The position numbers and the translations under genes were made by a program. From assembly GCA_045648885.1 (NCBI GenBank), contig JAZROV010000014.1, forward strand, positions 1 to 46,660: DNA of 46,660 bases. The letters are read 5' to 3'. The notes beneath the pieces are model-generated. The model had not been told where the DNA came from and searched no databases. It worked only from the letters and a program-made list of their open reading frames with translations. Source of the DNA: Candidatus Enterousia sp. Lineage in GTDB: Bacteria > Pseudomonadota > Alphaproteobacteria > Rs-D84. How positions within the stretch are numbered: position 1 is the first letter of the stretch; each line of letters begins with the position of its first letter. Positions 9,024-19,600 of the stretch are shown piece after piece.

Positions 9024-11684
9024 TTATTTTTTACGTGGGAATTTGACCGCTGCCTGGGCCGCTGCCAGACGTGCAATTGGCACACGGAACGGACTGCAAG
9101 AAACAGAATTGAATCCACATTTATGGAAAAATTCAATTGATTCAGGGTCGCCACCGTGTTCACCGCAGACACCCAAATGGATATTATCGCCTTTGGTATC
9201 GCGTGCTTTCTTAACAGCATCTTTAATCAACAACCCCACACCCAATTGGTCAACCGATGCAAACGGATCGGCAACATATACACCGCGCGCACGATATTCG
9301 TCCAAAATCTTGCCGGTATCATCACGCGACATACCCAATGTAGTTTGTGTCAAATCGTTTGTTCCAAATTCAAAGAATTCACAACTTTCTGCGATTTCAT
9401 TAGCCAAAACCGCCGCACGTGGCAATTCAATCATAGAGCCAACTTTGTATTCAATCGATTCGCCGCTTTCTGCAAATACTGCATTTGCAGTTGCATCAAT
9501 AACAGCTTTGACGATATCAACTTCTTTTTTGGAACCAACCAATGGGACTTCGATTTCTGGGAACACACGCACACCCATCTTTTTGCATTCAATCGCAGCA
9601 AACAAAATAGCACGTGTTTGCATTTCGCAGATTTCAGGATATGTAATCGCCAAACGGCAACCACGATGTCCCAACATTGGATTTTGTTCTTTCAACGCTT
9701 CGCTGCGTGCTTTCACGAATTCAACTGGTTTGCCAATATGTTCGGCCAATTCTTTCATGTCCGCTTCAGTATGTGGCAAAAATTCGTGTAATGGTGGATC
9801 AATCAAACGAATCGTCACTGGCAAACCATCCATAATTTTGAACAATTCGATAAAGTCCGCTTTTTGATACGGCAACAATTTATCCAGCGCAGCACGACGA
9901 CCTGCTTCATCATCCGCCAAAATCATTTCACGCATATCTTGAATTCTGGATGGGTCAAAGAACATATGTTCTGTACGTGCCAAACCGATACCTTCGGCAC
10001 CGAAATCACGGGCCTGTTTTGCATCTTTCGGTGTTTCAGCGTTTGCTTTCACAGTCAAAGTTTTGATTTCATCAACCCATTTCATCAATGTTCCAAAATT
10101 ACCAGTCAATTCCACAGATACTGTTGGAACCGCACCTTCGATAATTTGACCCTTTGCGCCATCGATAGAAACCCAATCACCTTCGTGAATTGTGACACCT
10201 GACGTGGTTTTCATCGTTTTTGTTTCATAATCGATTTTGATGTCTGGGGAACCAGAAACACACGGTGTTCCCATACCACGCGCAACCACCGCCGCATGAG
10301 ATGTCATCCCACCACGCGCAGTAATCACACCCTGGGCCGCATTCATACCTGCGATATCTTCAGGTGATGTTTCAACGCGAATCAACATAACTTTTTTGCC
10401 TTCTTTTTTCCAGGCTTCGGCATCTTCGGCGTTAAATACCGCCTGACCAACCGCAGCACCTGGGGACGCAGGCAAACCCGTTGCAATAACTTTCTTTTCT
10501 GCTTTTGGGTCCAACATTGGATGTAACAAATGATTTAATTGGTCCGCACCAACGCGCAAAATGGCTTCTTCTTTCGAGAGCAATCCCTCTTCGACCATTT
10601 CTACCGCCATACGCACCGCCGCTGCCGCAGTTCTTTTTCCGTTACGGCATTGCAACATCCACAATTTTTTATGTTCAATTGTGAATTCCATATCTTGCAT
10701 GTCTTTGTAATGTTGTTCCAATTTGTTGCGAACATCGACCAATTCGCCGTATACTTCTGGCATAGCCTCTTCCAAAGAAACGCGACCAGAATCATCTTTG
10801 GCCATTGGCTGGGGCGTACGAATACCAGCCACAACGTCTTCACCTTGGGCGTTAATCAAATATTCACCATAAAATTTATTTTCACCGGTCGCAGGGTCAC
10901 GTGAAAAGCACACACCAGTTGCAGAATCGTCACCAGAATTACCAAACACCATCGCCTGGACATTCACAGCAGTTCCCCAATCACCCGGGATATTGTTCAA
11001 TTTACGATACGTGATTGCTTTCTTAGACATCCAAGAACCAAACACCGCACCGATACCCAATTTTAATTGTTCCCATGGATCTTGTGGGAAAACTTTACCG
11101 ATTTTAACACCAATTTCTTTGAATTTTTCGACCAAATCTTTCAAATCATCGGCGGTCAATTCAGTATCAACTTTGTATCCTTTGTCTTCTTTCATACGTT
11201 CCAAAGTATGTTCGAACAAATCGATATCTGCACCCAACACAACATCAGAAAACATCATGATAAAACGACGGTATGAATCATATGCGAATCTTTCGTTATT
11301 TGCAGATTTTGCCAATGCTTTGACCGTTTCATCATTCAAACCCAAATTCAACACAGTATCCATCATACCCGGCATAGAAACACGTGCCCCAGAACGAACC
11401 GATACCAACAATGGGTTTTCCATATCTGCGAATTTTTTACCCATAATAGATTCAATATGCGCGATTCCAGTCTTTACCTGGTCCATCAAATCAGACGGAT
11501 ATGTCTGTTCATTTTCATAATAATATCTGCAAACATCGGTTGTGACCGTAAATCCCGCAGGAACCGGCAAACCGACCAAATTCATTTCTGCCAAATTGGC
11601 ACCTTTGCCACCCAACAAATCACGCATATCTGCGCGACCTTCGGCAGCACCATTTCCAAATGTATAGACCCATTTATTAGCCAT
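9024..11684 (-). CDS. ppdK: Pyruvate, phosphate dikinase
   Basis: LLGGKGANLAEM, SVRSGARVSMPGMMDT, GGMTSHAAVVARG phospho-His site, EFGTNDLTQ, GVCGEHGG. Confidence 0.97.
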   Translation of the reverse strand: MANKWVYTFGNGAAEGRADMRDLLGGKGANLAEMNLVGLPVPAGFTVTTDVCRYYYENEQTYPSDLMDQVKTGIAHIESIMGKKFADMENPLLVSVRSGARVSMPGMMDTVLNLGLNDETVKALAKSANNERFAYDSYRRFIMMFSDVVLGADIDLFEHTLERMKEDKGYKVDTELTADDLKDLVEKFKEIGVKIGKVFPQDPWEQLKLGIGAVFGSWMSKKAITYRKLNNIPGDWGTAVNVQAMVFGNSGDDSATGVCFSRDPATGENKFYGEYLINAQGEDVVAGIRTPQPMAKDDSGRVSLEEAMPEVYGELVDVRNKLEQHYKDMQDMEFTIEHKKLWMLQCRNGKRTAAAAVRMAVEMVEEGLLSKEEAILRVGADQLNHLLHPMLDPKAEKKVIATGLPASPGAAVGQAVFNAEDAEAWKKEGKKVMLIRVETSPEDIAGMNAAQGVITARGGMTSHAAVVARGMGTPCVSGSPDIKIDYETKTMKTTSGVTIHEGDWVSIDGAKGQIIEGAVPTVSVELTGNFGTLMKWVDEIKTLTVKANAETPKDAKQARDFGAEGIGLARTEHMFFDPSRIQDMREMILADDEAGRRAALDKLLPYQKADFIELFKIMDGLPVTIRLIDPPLHEFLPHTEADMKELAEHIGKPVEFVKARSEALKEQNPMLGHRGCRLAITYPEICEMQTRAILFAAIECKKMGVRVFPEIEVPLVGSKKEVDIVKAVIDATANAVFAESGESIEYKVGSMIELPRAAVLANEIAESCEFFEFGTNDLTQTTLGMSRDDTGKILDEYRARGVYVADPFASVDQLGVGLLIKDAVKKARDTKGDNIHLGVCGEHGGDPESIEFFHKCGFNSVSCSPFRVPIARLAAAQAAVKFPRKK

Positions 11685-11861
11685 GATATCTCCTTTGATA
11701 TATATTCATTCAGCCCGCGTATTTTGGAAAAAAAACCGCCAGAAAGCAAGCACAAAATGCACCAAAAAGCAATTTTTTTAAAACCGTAAAATCTACAGAA
11801 ACATTGACAACCACGCGAATATCTATTACCATTTTCAACAGACAAAAAATGGATTGAAAAA

Positions 11862-13667
11862 ATGCAAAAATTATCAAAAGCCGTTAAAAGACAGGTTCTC
11901 GAAAATATGTTTGTAAAAAATTACAAACGCATGTGGAAATACGTGAAACCGTATTGGGGACGTGCTTTGTTGACATTATTGTTGGCAATTCCTGTTGGAT
12001 CAATGGACGCAGTAATTGCATGGGCAATAAAACCGTATACTGACGCGGTTATGGTTGAAAAGACTTTGACTGCCGGTTGGTACATACCAATTTTGATTAT
12101 CGGCTTTACATGTGTCCAGGGTGCATTGACATACACTTTAAATTATTTAAACACATGGGTTGGCGGAAAAATTACTAATTTATTAAAGGCCGATTTATTC
12201 AAAAAATTGCTGACATTCGAACCAGAATTTTTCAATCTGCAAAATTCAGGCGACATCATAATGAAATTCAATTCAAATGCGGATACGGCCTGTGCAGGTC
12301 TTTTGAACAATCTTAAATCTTTCATTCAGAAATTTTTCACATCTGTTTCATTGATTGTTGTTTTATTTTATAATTCGTGGCAATTGGCCCTGGTTTGCGT
12401 GACAATTTTATTGTGCGCTTTTTTGCCGATGGCATCATTAAAAAAGCGTGTTTCACCGGTATTGCATAAAAACATGGAAGCCGGCGCCAGATTGACAACA
12501 AAATACAATGAAACGTATTCAGGCAACAAAACTATCCTGTCGTATAATCTGGAAAAATACCAAGAAAAAAGATATCTGGGCGTATTGAATGAAACGTTTG
12601 ATTTAAGTATGAAATTATTCAAACGCACACGTTGGTTAACACCTGTTATGCACATTGTCTTGTCGGTCGGAATTGCAGCAGCACTTTGGTATGGTTCGCA
12701 TTTGATTTTAACAGGCCGTTTAACTCCTGGTGGTTTTGTGTCGTTTTTAACATCTTTGATATTGTTGTACACACCGATAAAAACTATTGGAAACAATTAT
12801 AATTCTGTGTTGGTATCTTTTTGGGCAATTGAACAAGTTTTTGAAATTCTGGATGCCCGACCAATCATCAAAGATTCACCGCACGCAATTGAAATGCCGA
12901 AAAAATTGAAACAAATTAAATTCAATGATGTATCTTTTGAATATGTGAAAGATGTCCCGGTTTTAAAGCATCTGAATTTAACAATAAAACACGGCGAAAC
13001 ATTGGCGATTGTTGGAAATTCAGGTGGTGGCAAAACAACGATTATAAGTTTATTACCACGTTTTTATGATGTCTCAGATGGCAATATTACAATTGATGGC
13101 ACTGATATTCGTGATTTTACTTTGAAATCTTTGCGCCAAAACATAGCCGTCGTATTCCAAGATAATTTTTTATTTGGTGGAACAATTCGCGAAAATATTA
13201 TGATTGGAAACGCAAACGCAACCGATGCAGAATTAAAAGCAGCATTAAAATCGGCATATCTGGATGAATTTCTGGCAACCCTGCCAAAAGGTCTGGATAC
13301 AGAAATTGGCGAAAATGGTCTTTCGTTATCTGGGGGGCAAAAACAACGTGTTGCAATCGCCCGTGCATTTTTGAAAAACGCCCCGATATTAATTCTGGAC
13401 GAAGCGACATCTGCATTAGATAATAAATCTGAGGCAGTTGTTCAAAAAGCCATCGAAAACCTGATGCACGATAAAACAGTTTTTGTTATCGCACACCGTT
13501 TATCAACGATTCGAAACGCAAATAAAATTATCGTCGTCAATGACGGACAAATTGTTGAATCTGGAACACATAACGAATTATTGAAAAACGAATGTGGCGC
13601 ATATAAAATGCTTTATGATATGCAATTTAAAAACGAACCTGGGGATAACGACAAAGATGAAAAATAA
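11862..13667 (+). CDS. ABC exporter, MsbA-like (fused TMD and NBD)
   Basis: Six-TM domain followed by GNSGGGKT, LSGGQKQR and ILDEATSALD. Confidence 0.88.
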   Translation: MQKLSKAVKRQVLENMFVKNYKRMWKYVKPYWGRALLTLLLAIPVGSMDAVIAWAIKPYTDAVMVEKTLTAGWYIPILIIGFTCVQGALTYTLNYLNTWVGGKITNLLKADLFKKLLTFEPEFFNLQNSGDIIMKFNSNADTACAGLLNNLKSFIQKFFTSVSLIVVLFYNSWQLALVCVTILLCAFLPMASLKKRVSPVLHKNMEAGARLTTKYNETYSGNKTILSYNLEKYQEKRYLGVLNETFDLSMKLFKRTRWLTPVMHIVLSVGIAAALWYGSHLILTGRLTPGGFVSFLTSLILLYTPIKTIGNNYNSVLVSFWAIEQVFEILDARPIIKDSPHAIEMPKKLKQIKFNDVSFEYVKDVPVLKHLNLTIKHGETLAIVGNSGGGKTTIISLLPRFYDVSDGNITIDGTDIRDFTLKSLRQNIAVVFQDNFLFGGTIRENIMIGNANATDAELKAALKSAYLDEFLATLPKGLDTEIGENGLSLSGGQKQRVAIARAFLKNAPILILDEATSALDNKSEAVVQKAIENLMHDKTVFVIAHRLSTIRNANKIIVVNDGQIVESGTHNELLKNECGAYKMLYDMQFKNEPGDNDKDEK

Positions 13668-14217
13668 TTTTTTGCAAAATCCGTCAGTATCTGAAATCCA
13701 GAAACATTTTAAAATGTACCAAAACGAAATTCAGCCGTTGGTCGCAAAAGTTTGTATTCAAAAAATGGACGGCATGCACGGGTTAAACACGCATACAGCA
13801 TCAGTGGTATTTCGTGGCACTGATTATGCACTGTCATTAAATAGAAATCCGCTGCCTGTGATATTTGCATGTGCGTTTCATGACATGGCACGAACAAACG
13901 ATGATTTTGATATTGAACATGGGAAAAATGCAGTTCCACTGGCCAAACAAATTATGGAAAAATTCAATCTGGACAAACGCGTTCAGCAATCAATAATTTT
14001 CGCGATTGAAAATCATACCACGGGAACCAATGCACCAGATTATATATCCGCATGTCTTTGGGACGCAGACAGAACACGCCTGTCGTGGCTGTACGGATAC
14101 CAACCAAAATATTTCAACACATTACGCGCACAACACATTGCGTCTTCGAATTATCAAGAATATATAAAATTCCAACAAAAATGTTTTTCAGATTTGCCCT
14201 GGGACAAAATATATTAA
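13657..14217 (+). CDS. HD-domain phosphohydrolase-like protein
   Basis: H..H...ACAFHDMAR...HG...IENH...LWDADR. ATG at 13657 overlaps the end of the ABC gene. Confidence 0.7.
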   Translation: MKNNFLQNPSVSEIQKHFKMYQNEIQPLVAKVCIQKMDGMHGLNTHTASVVFRGTDYALSLNRNPLPVIFACAFHDMARTNDDFDIEHGKNAVPLAKQIMEKFNLDKRVQQSIIFAIENHTTGTNAPDYISACLWDADRTRLSWLYGYQPKYFNTLRAQHIASSNYQEYIKFQQKCFSDLPWDKIY

Positions 14218-14293
14218 AAAACAAAAATCTTGTTTTAAATTGCAAATAATATTAGAATAAATTGTCCGATATAAAAATCTAAAAGGAGAAAGT

Positions 14294-14914
14294 ATGAAAA
14301 CAAATTTATTTTTAACAGGTCTTGGCACAGTCTTATTATCTTTAACTGGTGCGAACGCGGTTGAATATCATCCATTTATCGGGGCAACAATGGGCGTCGC
14401 GGATCTTGGTTATTCCAGCGAAGCGGACAATTTCGCACGTGTGAACGGAATTGACAATCCTTCTGATTTCTTTTCATTTGGTATCGAAGGCGGTGTCCGT
14501 TTTGGTAATTACAACGAAATCTATAATGGTGGTGTCACATTGAATATAGACATGACAGACACCCAAAAAATTCGTGATAAATTTTCAAACGCTAAATTCG
14601 CAGATACAAGAACATTTGCAATGTCTGCGACATACGATAATTATTTGCGTTTAAGTGGTGATAAAACATCGCGCATTGATTTGGTTTTGGGCGCGGGTAT
14701 TGGAACTATGAATTACGATATTGATTTTGAATCATCAGCGTTATCTGATGAAACGGTTTATTCACCAATGTTCGCGTTCAAAGCAGGACTGGATTTCGAA
14801 TTGACTCACAATGTCATATTGTCGGCCCAGGCACGTATGTTCGCGCCAACACGTTCGCACTATGACATCAATGCACAATACATTTTTGGTGGTGCAATCA
14901 AATATCAATTCTAG
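14294..14914 (+). CDS. Small outer membrane beta-barrel protein
   Basis: SD AAGGAG, signal peptide, amphipathic beta strands, C-terminal KYQF barrel signal. Confidence 0.8.
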   Translation: MKTNLFLTGLGTVLLSLTGANAVEYHPFIGATMGVADLGYSSEADNFARVNGIDNPSDFFSFGIEGGVRFGNYNEIYNGGVTLNIDMTDTQKIRDKFSNAKFADTRTFAMSATYDNYLRLSGDKTSRIDLVLGAGIGTMNYDIDFESSALSDETVYSPMFAFKAGLDFELTHNVILSAQARMFAPTRSHYDINAQYIFGGAIKYQF

Positions 14915-14929
14915 AATTTGATATTAATG

Positions 14930-14959
14930 AAAAACGACCCATCTGGGTCGTTTTTTTTT
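14930..14959. terminator. Bidirectional terminator
   Basis: AAAAACGACCCA-TC-TGGGTCGTTTTT between convergent genes. Confidence 0.8.
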
Positions 14960-14975
14960 AATCAGAATTTTTTTA

Positions 14976-16277
14976 TTATAATCTGACAATTTGATTTGGA
15001 TTATCTTGCAGTGAAGATACAATCGCATCGATACGCGCTTTGTATTCCATAAACAACGGTTTGTTTTTTGAATCTAGATTATTTATAGCCGGCAATTTTA
15101 CCGTCAACGGATTGACATGAACACCATCTTTGATAATCTCATAGTGCAAATGCGGGCCGGTTGATAACCCTGTGGAACCAACATAGCCAATTGTTTGCCC
15201 CTGTTTCACAACGGTGCCAACATTCACACCCTTGGCAAAACGCGACATATGTGCATACAGTGTTTCATATGTTCCGTTATGACGAATTTTCACAAAATTA
15301 CCATGTCCACGATTAAAACTGCGCGCGACGACACGACCTGCGCCTGCAGCCGGAATCGGAGTCCCAGTTGACGCGCGAAAATCAACCCCTTTGTGTGCGC
15401 GGGTAAAGCCCAACACAGGATGTTTCCGACGGCCTGAAAAACTGGATGTCACTTTTGCATTATTTATAGGTGTCCGCTTCAAAGACTTTATTGCACCATT
15501 TCCATTTTCATCATAATATCCAACACCGCCATCACTTTTCACAAAACGATACATACGCACATTCCCACGCAACGCATGGAACGACACAGCAATCACACGA
15601 CCATTATCAACTTTTTTTTCTGATGCAAAATTTTCTTCGTATAAAACAAAGAATTTTTGACCGGCACGAACATCACGTTCAAAATCCATTTCAAACGCCA
15701 ACAAATCATAAACATCTGCCAAAATACCGGTTGGAATACCAGCCCGTTGCCCGGCCAAATAAAAACTATCCCCGTCCAAAATTTCACCTTCGCGATAGGC
15801 AACACGTGTATCGCGTTCAATTTCGATTTTTTGACATTGCCATGCACCTTCGGCGCCACAATCTATTTCGATACGATTCCACGGGCCATTCATAATAACT
15901 ATTTTTGATATCGGCAAATCAGCCGCAGGCCGCACAAAATCGATTTTATCTTTACCTGCATATAATGTAGTAAATTTGACATCTTTCTTTAAAGTTGTTG
16001 AAATGTTATTTATATCTTGGATAGAAAAGCCCTGCCCCTGCAAAATCTTAGAAAGCGTATCCCCAGATTTAACCTCTATGATTGTATGCGATTCAGGTGG
16101 CACAACCACTATATTTTTCACAGGTTTATACAACAACACGACACCGACCGCAATCAGCGTCATTGCAACTGCAACAAACAAAACCATACGCAATAACGAA
16201 CGAACATTACTGATTTTTCGATATGATTTTTTAACAACTATTTTTGTCTTTCTGATAATATATTTTGCTTTTTTCAT
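14976..16277 (-). CDS. M23-family peptidoglycan endopeptidase, MepM-like
   Basis: N-terminal TM helix, LysM-like VKSGDTL, HKGVD (HxxxD) and PHLHYE (HxH). Start set at ATG 16277. Confidence 0.9.
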   Translation of the reverse strand: MKKAKYIIRKTKIVVKKSYRKISNVRSLLRMVLFVAVAMTLIAVGVVLLYKPVKNIVVVPPESHTIIEVKSGDTLSKILQGQGFSIQDINNISTTLKKDVKFTTLYAGKDKIDFVRPAADLPISKIVIMNGPWNRIEIDCGAEGAWQCQKIEIERDTRVAYREGEILDGDSFYLAGQRAGIPTGILADVYDLLAFEMDFERDVRAGQKFFVLYEENFASEKKVDNGRVIAVSFHALRGNVRMYRFVKSDGGVGYYDENGNGAIKSLKRTPINNAKVTSSFSGRRKHPVLGFTRAHKGVDFRASTGTPIPAAGAGRVVARSFNRGHGNFVKIRHNGTYETLYAHMSRFAKGVNVGTVVKQGQTIGYVGSTGLSTGPHLHYEIIKDGVHVNPLTVKLPAINNLDSKNKPLFMEYKARIDAIVSSLQDNPNQIVRL

Positions 16278-16313
16278 AAACGCCATTATAATAAAAATAT
16301 GAATATAAATCAA
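16265..16313. promoter_or_regulatory. Overlapping divergent sigma70-type promoters sharing one palindromic -10 box
   Basis: Plus strand: TTGCTT-N16-TATAAT-N6-ATG (16299). Minus strand: TTGATT-N17-TATAAT-N7-ATG (16277). Shared core ATTATAAT at 16285-16292. Confidence 0.6.
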
Positions 16314-17066
16314 GCGTTCTCAATATTGCAATCATCAGGCGACATTCGTGCCGCCCGTATAATCACGGAAAAAAGAAAAAAACTGTCATTTTTGCGCACA
16401 ATGTATTATGCGTGGTGCCTGCGCCGCGGTATTCCAGTGGCAAAAATCATACATTCTAAATGGTTTTATGGGTTGGAATTTTATACGAACAAATATACTT
16501 TGGATCCACGCCCAGATACAGAAACATTGGTGACGGCTGTTATCAAAGACTGCATCAACGACAAACCCCGTCGTGTATTAGACCTTGGAACCGGAACCGG
16601 ATGTATAATTTGCGCACTTTGTAAAAATATAAACAACGTCAGTGGTATCGGAATTGATAAATCAAAACGCGCACTTTGGGTTGCCAAAAAAAATGTAAAA
16701 TCTTTACAATTAAACGACAAAATAAAAATCAAATATGGCGATTTCAATAATTTCAAAGCCAAAGAAAAATTTGACATTATTGTTTCAAATCCCCCATATA
16801 TCGCAACAAACGACACACGGGTTGATAATGGTGCAAAACACGATCCTAAAATGGCGCTTTATGCAGGCAACAATGGTTTGGCGGCATATGAAGCGATTGC
16901 GAAAAATTCTTTGAAACTGTTGAAAAACGACGGGAAAATTTATGTTGAAATTGGGGTTGGACAATCAAACCCAGTTATAAAAATATTTAATTTTTTTGGT
17001 TGGAAATTCGAACGTGTTGAAACAGATTTATCGGGTATCAATCGTGTGCTGGTATTCACGCTTTAA
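16299..17066 (+). CDS. prmC: Release factor glutamine methyltransferase
   Basis: PRPDTE, LDLGTGTG, SNPPY and EIG motifs. Confidence 0.9.
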   Translation: MNINQAFSILQSSGDIRAARIITEKRKKLSFLRTMYYAWCLRRGIPVAKIIHSKWFYGLEFYTNKYTLDPRPDTETLVTAVIKDCINDKPRRVLDLGTGTGCIICALCKNINNVSGIGIDKSKRALWVAKKNVKSLQLNDKIKIKYGDFNNFKAKEKFDIIVSNPPYIATNDTRVDNGAKHDPKMALYAGNNGLAAYEAIAKNSLKLLKNDGKIYVEIGVGQSNPVIKIFNFFGWKFERVETDLSGINRVLVFTL

Positions 17067-17703
17067 AAAATTGATTATGTTTTTTCAAGCCACCAATTGT
17101 AGAATCTAAACCATGGCCGTGAACCACATAAGTATCATCGTCCAAATCTGTTTCATATAAATTATGTATTGATTGTTTTAATTCGTCAGTATTGCCGCCC
17201 GGGAAATCAGTCCGCCCAACACTGTCGCGAAAAAGAGTATCACCCGTCATCAAAATTTTATATTTTGGGAAATAAAACATAACACCACCCGGTGTATGAC
17301 CTGGGCTTTCTATTATTTCCATTTTGACATCTGGCAAAATTTCGATTGTCCCAGCCGAAATATGAATTGGTTTTTTATACCCCAAATGAATATGCGGAAT
17401 ACCAAACATATCCAATAATTCATTACCCCAACCAATTAAATATTCATCATTTTTATTCAAAAACCAATCAACATTGAACGCTCGCGACAACCCGGGCGCA
17501 GCCGATATATGGTCTGGATGTCCATGTGTTGAATATATCGCACGCAATTTTAATCCGCGTTCTAACAAAACCCGCTCCCAATCAGCAGCGCGCCCCCACG
17601 CATCAAAAATAACAGCATCCATCCCGCGCGACACCAACAAAGAATTAGTATTCATTGGTGGCATACGTAAAATTTCAAATTTCACATCGTTATTTTTTTG
17701 CAT
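17056..17703 (-). CDS. MBL-fold metallo-hydrolase, glyoxalase II-like
   Basis: THGHPDH, PGHTPG, TGDTLF..SVGRTD, HGHG. Confidence 0.88.
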   Translation of the reverse strand: MQKNNDVKFEILRMPPMNTNSLLVSRGMDAVIFDAWGRAADWERVLLERGLKLRAIYSTHGHPDHISAAPGLSRAFNVDWFLNKNDEYLIGWGNELLDMFGIPHIHLGYKKPIHISAGTIEILPDVKMEIIESPGHTPGGVMFYFPKYKILMTGDTLFRDSVGRTDFPGGNTDELKQSIHNLYETDLDDDTYVVHGHGLDSTIGGLKKHNQFFKA

Positions 17704-19600
17704 TTGTTTTCCGAGATGTTTTTTTCACGGTTGCTTTTTTATTTTTTCCAAAAACGATTTCGCGAATTTCTTCGCCAGTCAACGTTTCTTTGTCTAATAA
17801 CGCTTTTGCGATTTTTTCGACCGTCGATTTGTTTTTAGACACCAAATTTTTCGCATCACGATACGCAGCATCCAACCAATCGCGAATTTCAGCATCCACC
17901 ATTTCGGCTGTCTTTTCAGATGCATTTTCCAGTGCCATTTTTTGTCCGAATGAATTTGCTTGATTTACTGCAACCATACCAATTTTCTTTGACAACCCTG
18001 CCATAGTAATCGCATAGCGTGCAATTCTGGTTGCCATCGCGATATCGCTTTCCGCACCAGTTGTGATTTTATTTGGACCGAAAAAGACTTCTTCGGATGC
18101 ACGTCCCGCCAAATCAACGGACAAATTAGCCTGTAATTCATCCAACCTCTGCGACACTTTATTATCAATTGGCAAATGTTGCACCATACCCAATGCACGA
18201 CCACGCGGAATAATCGTTGCTTTGTGAATTGGGTCAGTCACACCCGAATAATGCATACTGACGAACGCATGCCCTGCTTCGTGATATGCAGTCAATTTAA
18301 TATCTTCGGGACGTAATTTTTGATTTTTCTTTGGCCCCATTAAAATTTTATCGCGAGCTTCTTCTATATCACTTTGTTCAACCGCCGTATGATTACTGCG
18401 CACCGCATGCAAAGCCGCTTCATTCAACAGATTTTCCAAATCAGCCCCAGAAAATCCAGTCGTTCCACGCGCAACATCCATCATATTTAAATTTTCATCT
18501 ATTTTGAATTTTTTCGCATGCAAATTCAAAATGTCGCGACGACCGTCTAAATTCGGCAATTCAATATGTATCTGACGATCAAAACGCCCAGGCCGCAATA
18601 ATGCAGTATCCAACATATCTGGTCGATTCGTCGCAGCAATAACAATGATACCGGTTTCATTTGCAAAACCGTCCATTTCAATCAGCAACTGGTTCAAAGT
18701 TTGTTCACGATCGTTGTCATTAAAAGAATGTTTACTGCGACTTTGTCCAATGGCATCGATTTCATCAATGAACAAAATGCAAGGTGCGTTGCGTTTCGCC
18801 AATTCAAAAATCTCTTTGATTTTTGCAACACCTAAACCAACAATAATTCCTGAAAAATCACTGCCAGACGTAGCAAAAAATGGGACATTGGCTTCACCTG
18901 CAACCGCACGTGCCAACAAAGTTTTTCCGGTTCCAGGTTCACCCGACAACAAAACACCACGTGGCACACGCGCACCCAACGCTTTGAATTTTTCTTTGTT
19001 TTTCAAGAAATCAACAATTTCCATCAATTCTTGTTTTTCTGTATCAATACCCGCAACATCTTTGAAAGTAGTTTTTGTTTTACCAGTTGTAATTTTCGTC
19101 GGGTTTTGCCCGATTAAACTACGCGTGATTCCGCCACCATTTCCACCACCACGCATTAAACGCAACAACCATACAAAGAACAAAGCACCAACCAAAATCG
19201 GCAACCATTTTGCAACAGAATCAAAAACCGAATCAGAATTATCAATCGAAACCGCTGTCCCGTTTTCAGAAAATTTTTCCAACAATTCAGGGTTATAAGT
19301 AATCGTCGCGCGATACGGTGTCCCATCTTTTAATTTTCCGGTCGCAATATCACCCTTGCGAATGTCCATAGTTTTAATTTCACCCCGACGACGCAACACA
19401 TCAGAAAAAGACAATTCGATTGGTGCTTTGGCAATTGCAGAATTACCCGCGGCAACATTTGCATTGTTTATTGCGAACGATTGTTCCGCATTTCCACCCA
19501 AAAATGCCCGTGCAATCAAACCAATGAATAAAATACTGAAAAGTATTAAATATAAAACAGACCCGTCTTTTTTTCTAAATATATTTTTTTCGTTTTTCAT
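17690..19600 (-). CDS. ftsH: ATP-dependent zinc metalloprotease FtsH
   Basis: Two TM helices, GEPGTGKT, FIDEIDAIG, TNRPD..LLRPGRFDR, HEAGH; follows tilS. Start set at ATG 19600. Confidence 0.93.
   Translation of the reverse strand: MKNEKNIFRKKDGSVLYLILFSILFIGLIARAFLGGNAEQSFAINNANVAAGNSAIAKAPIELSFSDVLRRRGEIKTMDIRKGDIATGKLKDGTPYRATITYNPELLEKFSENGTAVSIDNSDSVFDSVAKWLPILVGALFFVWLLRLMRGGGNGGGITRSLIGQNPTKITTGKTKTTFKDVAGIDTEKQELMEIVDFLKNKEKFKALGARVPRGVLLSGEPGTGKTLLARAVAGEANVPFFATSGSDFSGIIVGLGVAKIKEIFELAKRNAPCILFIDEIDAIGQSRSKHSFNDNDREQTLNQLLIEMDGFANETGIIVIAATNRPDMLDTALLRPGRFDRQIHIELPNLDGRRDILNLHAKKFKIDENLNMMDVARGTTGFSGADLENLLNEAALHAVRSNHTAVEQSDIEEARDKILMGPKKNQKLRPEDIKLTAYHEAGHAFVSMHYSGVTDPIHKATIIPRGRALGMVQHLPIDNKVSQRLDELQANLSVDLAGRASEEVFFGPNKITTGAESDIAMATRIARYAITMAGLSKKIGMVAVNQANSFGQKMALENASEKTAEMVDAEIRDWLDAAYRDAKNLVSKNKSTVEKIAKALLDKETLTGEEIREIVFGKNKKATVKKTSRKTNAKK

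Noticed and set aside
9013-11520. Long plus-strand ORFs opposite ppdK, and similar shadows of groEL, ftsH, prfB and the adhesin
   Set aside because: Antisense shadows of well-conserved genes, with no motifs of their own.
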